From NCBI GenBank assembly GCA_963662315.1, contig OY759353.1:512001-576000 (forward strand): DNA of 64,000 nucleotides, written 5' to 3'. Positions 62,019 through 64,000 of the stretch are shown here, piece after piece; position 1 is the first letter of the stretch; each line of letters opens with the position of its first letter. Below the pieces are notes generated by a model, which saw only the letters and a list, made by a program, of their open reading frames with translations, was not told where the DNA came from and ran no database searches. This DNA comes from Geopsychrobacteraceae bacterium (GTDB lineage Bacteria; Desulfobacterota; Desulfuromonadia; Desulfuromonadales; Geopsychrobacteraceae). Made by a program: the position numbers and the translations under genes.

Positions 62019-63299
62019 TTAACAACTAGCTTTCAACGCTTGATCAACATCAGCAATCAGATCCTCAATGTTTTCAATTCCGACTGATAGCCGGATCAGA
62101 TCCGGACTGACGCCTGAGGCTATCTGTTGCTCTTCGGTCAGTTGGCGGTGGGTGGTGCTGGCCGGGTGGAGGACACAGGAGCGTGCATCGCCGACATGGA
62201 CCACCATGGCAATCAACTGGCAGGCTTCCATGAACTTCATTCCCGCGTTACGACCGCCTTTGATACCGAAGGTTAAAACGCCACTGGAACCAAGGGGGAG
62301 ATACTTATGGGCCAGGTCGTAACTGGGATGACTTTCAAGGCCGGGATAATTGACCCAGGATACCTGGGGATGACTTTCCAGGAATTGTGCCAGGGCCAAA
62401 GCATTGCTGCTGTGACGTTCCATACGTAAGTGCAGGGTGATCAAGCCATGGTTCATCAGCCAGGTATTTTGTGGTGCCGGGGTGACACCCAGATCGCGCA
62501 TATATTGAGCGCGAGCTTTAACTATGTAGGCTAATGGGCCGAACTTCTCGACATATTTTAAACCATGGTAAGAGGTGTCGGGTGCACACAACTCCGGATA
62601 TTTTTCGGCTGACCATGTGAATTTTCCGCTGTCGATAATGACGCCGCCAACACAGGTTCCATGACCATCGATGTATTTGGTAGCAGAATGAATGACAATG
62701 TCTGCACCGTGTTCGATGGGGCGGCATAAATAAGGTGAGGCGAGGGTGTTATCAATAATTAGGGGTACACCCATGGTTTTGCTCAAAGAGCTGAATTTAT
62801 CGAAATCAAGAATATTGAGCCCCGGGTTGCCTATGGTTTCGGCAAACACACAACGGGTATCGGGTCTGAAAGCGGATTGCATTTCTTCGATAGGTGAGTT
62901 CGGGTCAATGAAGGATACTTCAATACCTAGTTTTGGAAAGGTATTGGCAAACAGGGAGTAGGTTCCTCCATACAAGGTGCTGGCTGCAACAACATGCTGA
63001 CCGCTGCGACAAATATTGAGAATAGCCAGGGTAGATGCTGCCTGCCCGGAAGAGGTCGCCAGCGCCGCTACGCCGCCCTCAAGTAAGGCCATTTTCTCTT
63101 CAAAAACGCTGCTGGTCGGGTTGCCCAGGCGAGTATACATAGGGTCTGCGCAATCCAGGTCAAACAATTCGGCCATATGAGCAGCGCTTGTATATCTGAA
63201 TGTCGTACTCTGGTGAATGGGGGCAGTGCGTGGCTCTCCAGCTTCTGGTTGGTAAGTGCCTTGTACAGCTTGTGTTTCAATTTTCCAATTATTTTGCAT
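62019..63299 (-). CDS. O-acetylhomoserine aminocarboxypropyltransferase/cysteine synthase family, second paralogue
   Basis: YTRLGNPT, HSATKYIDGHG and HVGDARSCVLHPASTTH motifs. Confidence 0.92.
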   Translation of the reverse strand: MQNNWKIETQAVQGTYQPEAGEPRTAPIHQSTTFRYTSAAHMAELFDLDCADPMYTRLGNPTSSVFEEKMALLEGGVAALATSSGQAASTLAILNICRSGQHVVAASTLYGGTYSLFANTFPKLGIEVSFIDPNSPIEEMQSAFRPDTRCVFAETIGNPGLNILDFDKFSSLSKTMGVPLIIDNTLASPYLCRPIEHGADIVIHSATKYIDGHGTCVGGVIIDSGKFTWSAEKYPELCAPDTSYHGLKYVEKFGPLAYIVKARAQYMRDLGVTPAPQNTWLMNHGLITLHLRMERHSSNALALAQFLESHPQVSWVNYPGLESHPSYDLAHKYLPLGSSGVLTFGIKGGRNAGMKFMEACQLIAMVVHVGDARSCVLHPASTTHRQLTEEQQIASGVSPDLIRLSVGIENIEDLIADVDQALKASC

Positions 63300-63610
63300 G
63301 TTGATTCCTCCTGGACAATGTCATCAAAATTTGCAGAATTTTAGCAGATATGTTTATAAAGTCTATGGTTCATGATAGTTCGAATGCCGTAAAACGATGT
63401 GATCAGAACAGCATAATTTGCCAAGGATGAACACAGATAAAGGATGATATGATCAAGGGCCTGTTGTCCACGAAAGACGAGAAGCTGTTGAAAATGATCA
63501 ATTCTTTCGATGCGAAGACCTTTATACTTAAGTCCTTTCCGAAGGTTCAGTCGGGAATCCATACCCTATAGCAGTTAAACAGTTGAGTTTAAGCCAGGTG
63601 AATCAAAATT

Positions 63611-64000
63611 ATGGAATACTCTCTCATCAAAAAAGTTGTCGAAGAGCTTAATGAAGGTGTTTTGCCGGCTAGAATTGCTAAAATTTATCAGCCTGATGCT
63701 CATGTTATTATCTTTAAGGTGTGGAATGGTCGGACAACCTTCCGCCTGTTATTGTCTGCAGAACCTGGCAAAAGTCGTCTTCACCTGACGGATCGTGAGT
63801 TCATCAACCCCGCCAGACCGCCAAGGTTTTGCCAGTTGCTGCGGTCGCGCGTAACACACATTGACAGTATTGCGCTTAAAAATGATGATCGCGTAGTGAG
63901 TATTCGATGTAAAGGAGAGGCGGGGAGTGTTTTTTTAATAGCAGAACTCACCGGGAAGCATCCTAATCTAATCCTGACAACAGAAGACCAGACCATTATC
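63611..64000 (+). CDS. NFACT/RqcH (FbpA-like) protein, 5' part
   Basis: Not in the ORF track. MEYSLIKKVVEEL...RIAKIYQP...PPRFCQLLR...DRVV...LIAELTGKHPNLIL, open to the window end. Confidence 0.85.
   Translation, partial: MEYSLIKKVVEELNEGVLPARIAKIYQPDAHVIIFKVWNGRTTFRLLLSAEPGKSRLHLTDREFINPARPPRFCQLLRSRVTHIDSIALKNDDRVVSIRCKGEAGSVFLIAELTGKHPNLILTTEDQTII

Noticed and set aside
63341..63562. 73-aa minus-strand ORF upstream of the second metY paralogue
   Set aside because: It has a weak RBS and no motifs, and overlaps repeat remnants and the probable promoter region.

Overview
This window is core chromosome from a Desulfuromonadia-like (Geobacter/Desulfuromonas/Desulfuromusa group) bacterium. The taxonomy is inferred from gene order and from lineage-typical families (DUF4388, GSU3473-like, PEP-CTERM); no database search was run. 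About 46 kb is housekeeping: metG-PSP1-holB, rnc-era-der, infA-leuS-lptE-holA, rpsT, murJ, yceD-rpmF-plsX-fab genes, rpiB-glyA-nrdR-rib-nusB-hom, tRNA-Val-thrS-infC-rpmI-rplT-pheST-ihfA and surE-pcm-nlpD-rpoS-apt-tRNA-Arg. The last ~18 kb is mixed: lipB, HDOD, tlyA-HIT-RSH-deacetylase, a PEP-CTERM gene, htpG, trmL, modF, two metY paralogues and a partial NFACT gene. I saw no prophage, transposase, CRISPR array or defence island. The most notable observations are: (1) a truncated RelA/SpoT homologue with an intact hydrolase, a dead synthetase and TGS but no ZFD/ACT, coupled to a HIT hydrolase; (2) two inverted copies of a ~150-bp MITE-like hairpin element that bracket nlpD-rpoS; (3) a dispersed family of non-coding repeats with 9-10-bp periodicity, several arranged as inverted arms; (4) a DnaA-box cluster away from dnaA; (5) an orphan DUF4388/MshEN-like gene plus two receiver genes that may be a reduced chemosensory cluster; (6) an AUA-initiated infC, a structured rpmI-rplT spacer, a 54-aa ORF missing from the track, a sigma54/enhancer promoter and an Rrf2-type operator. 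All calls come from manual reading of motifs.
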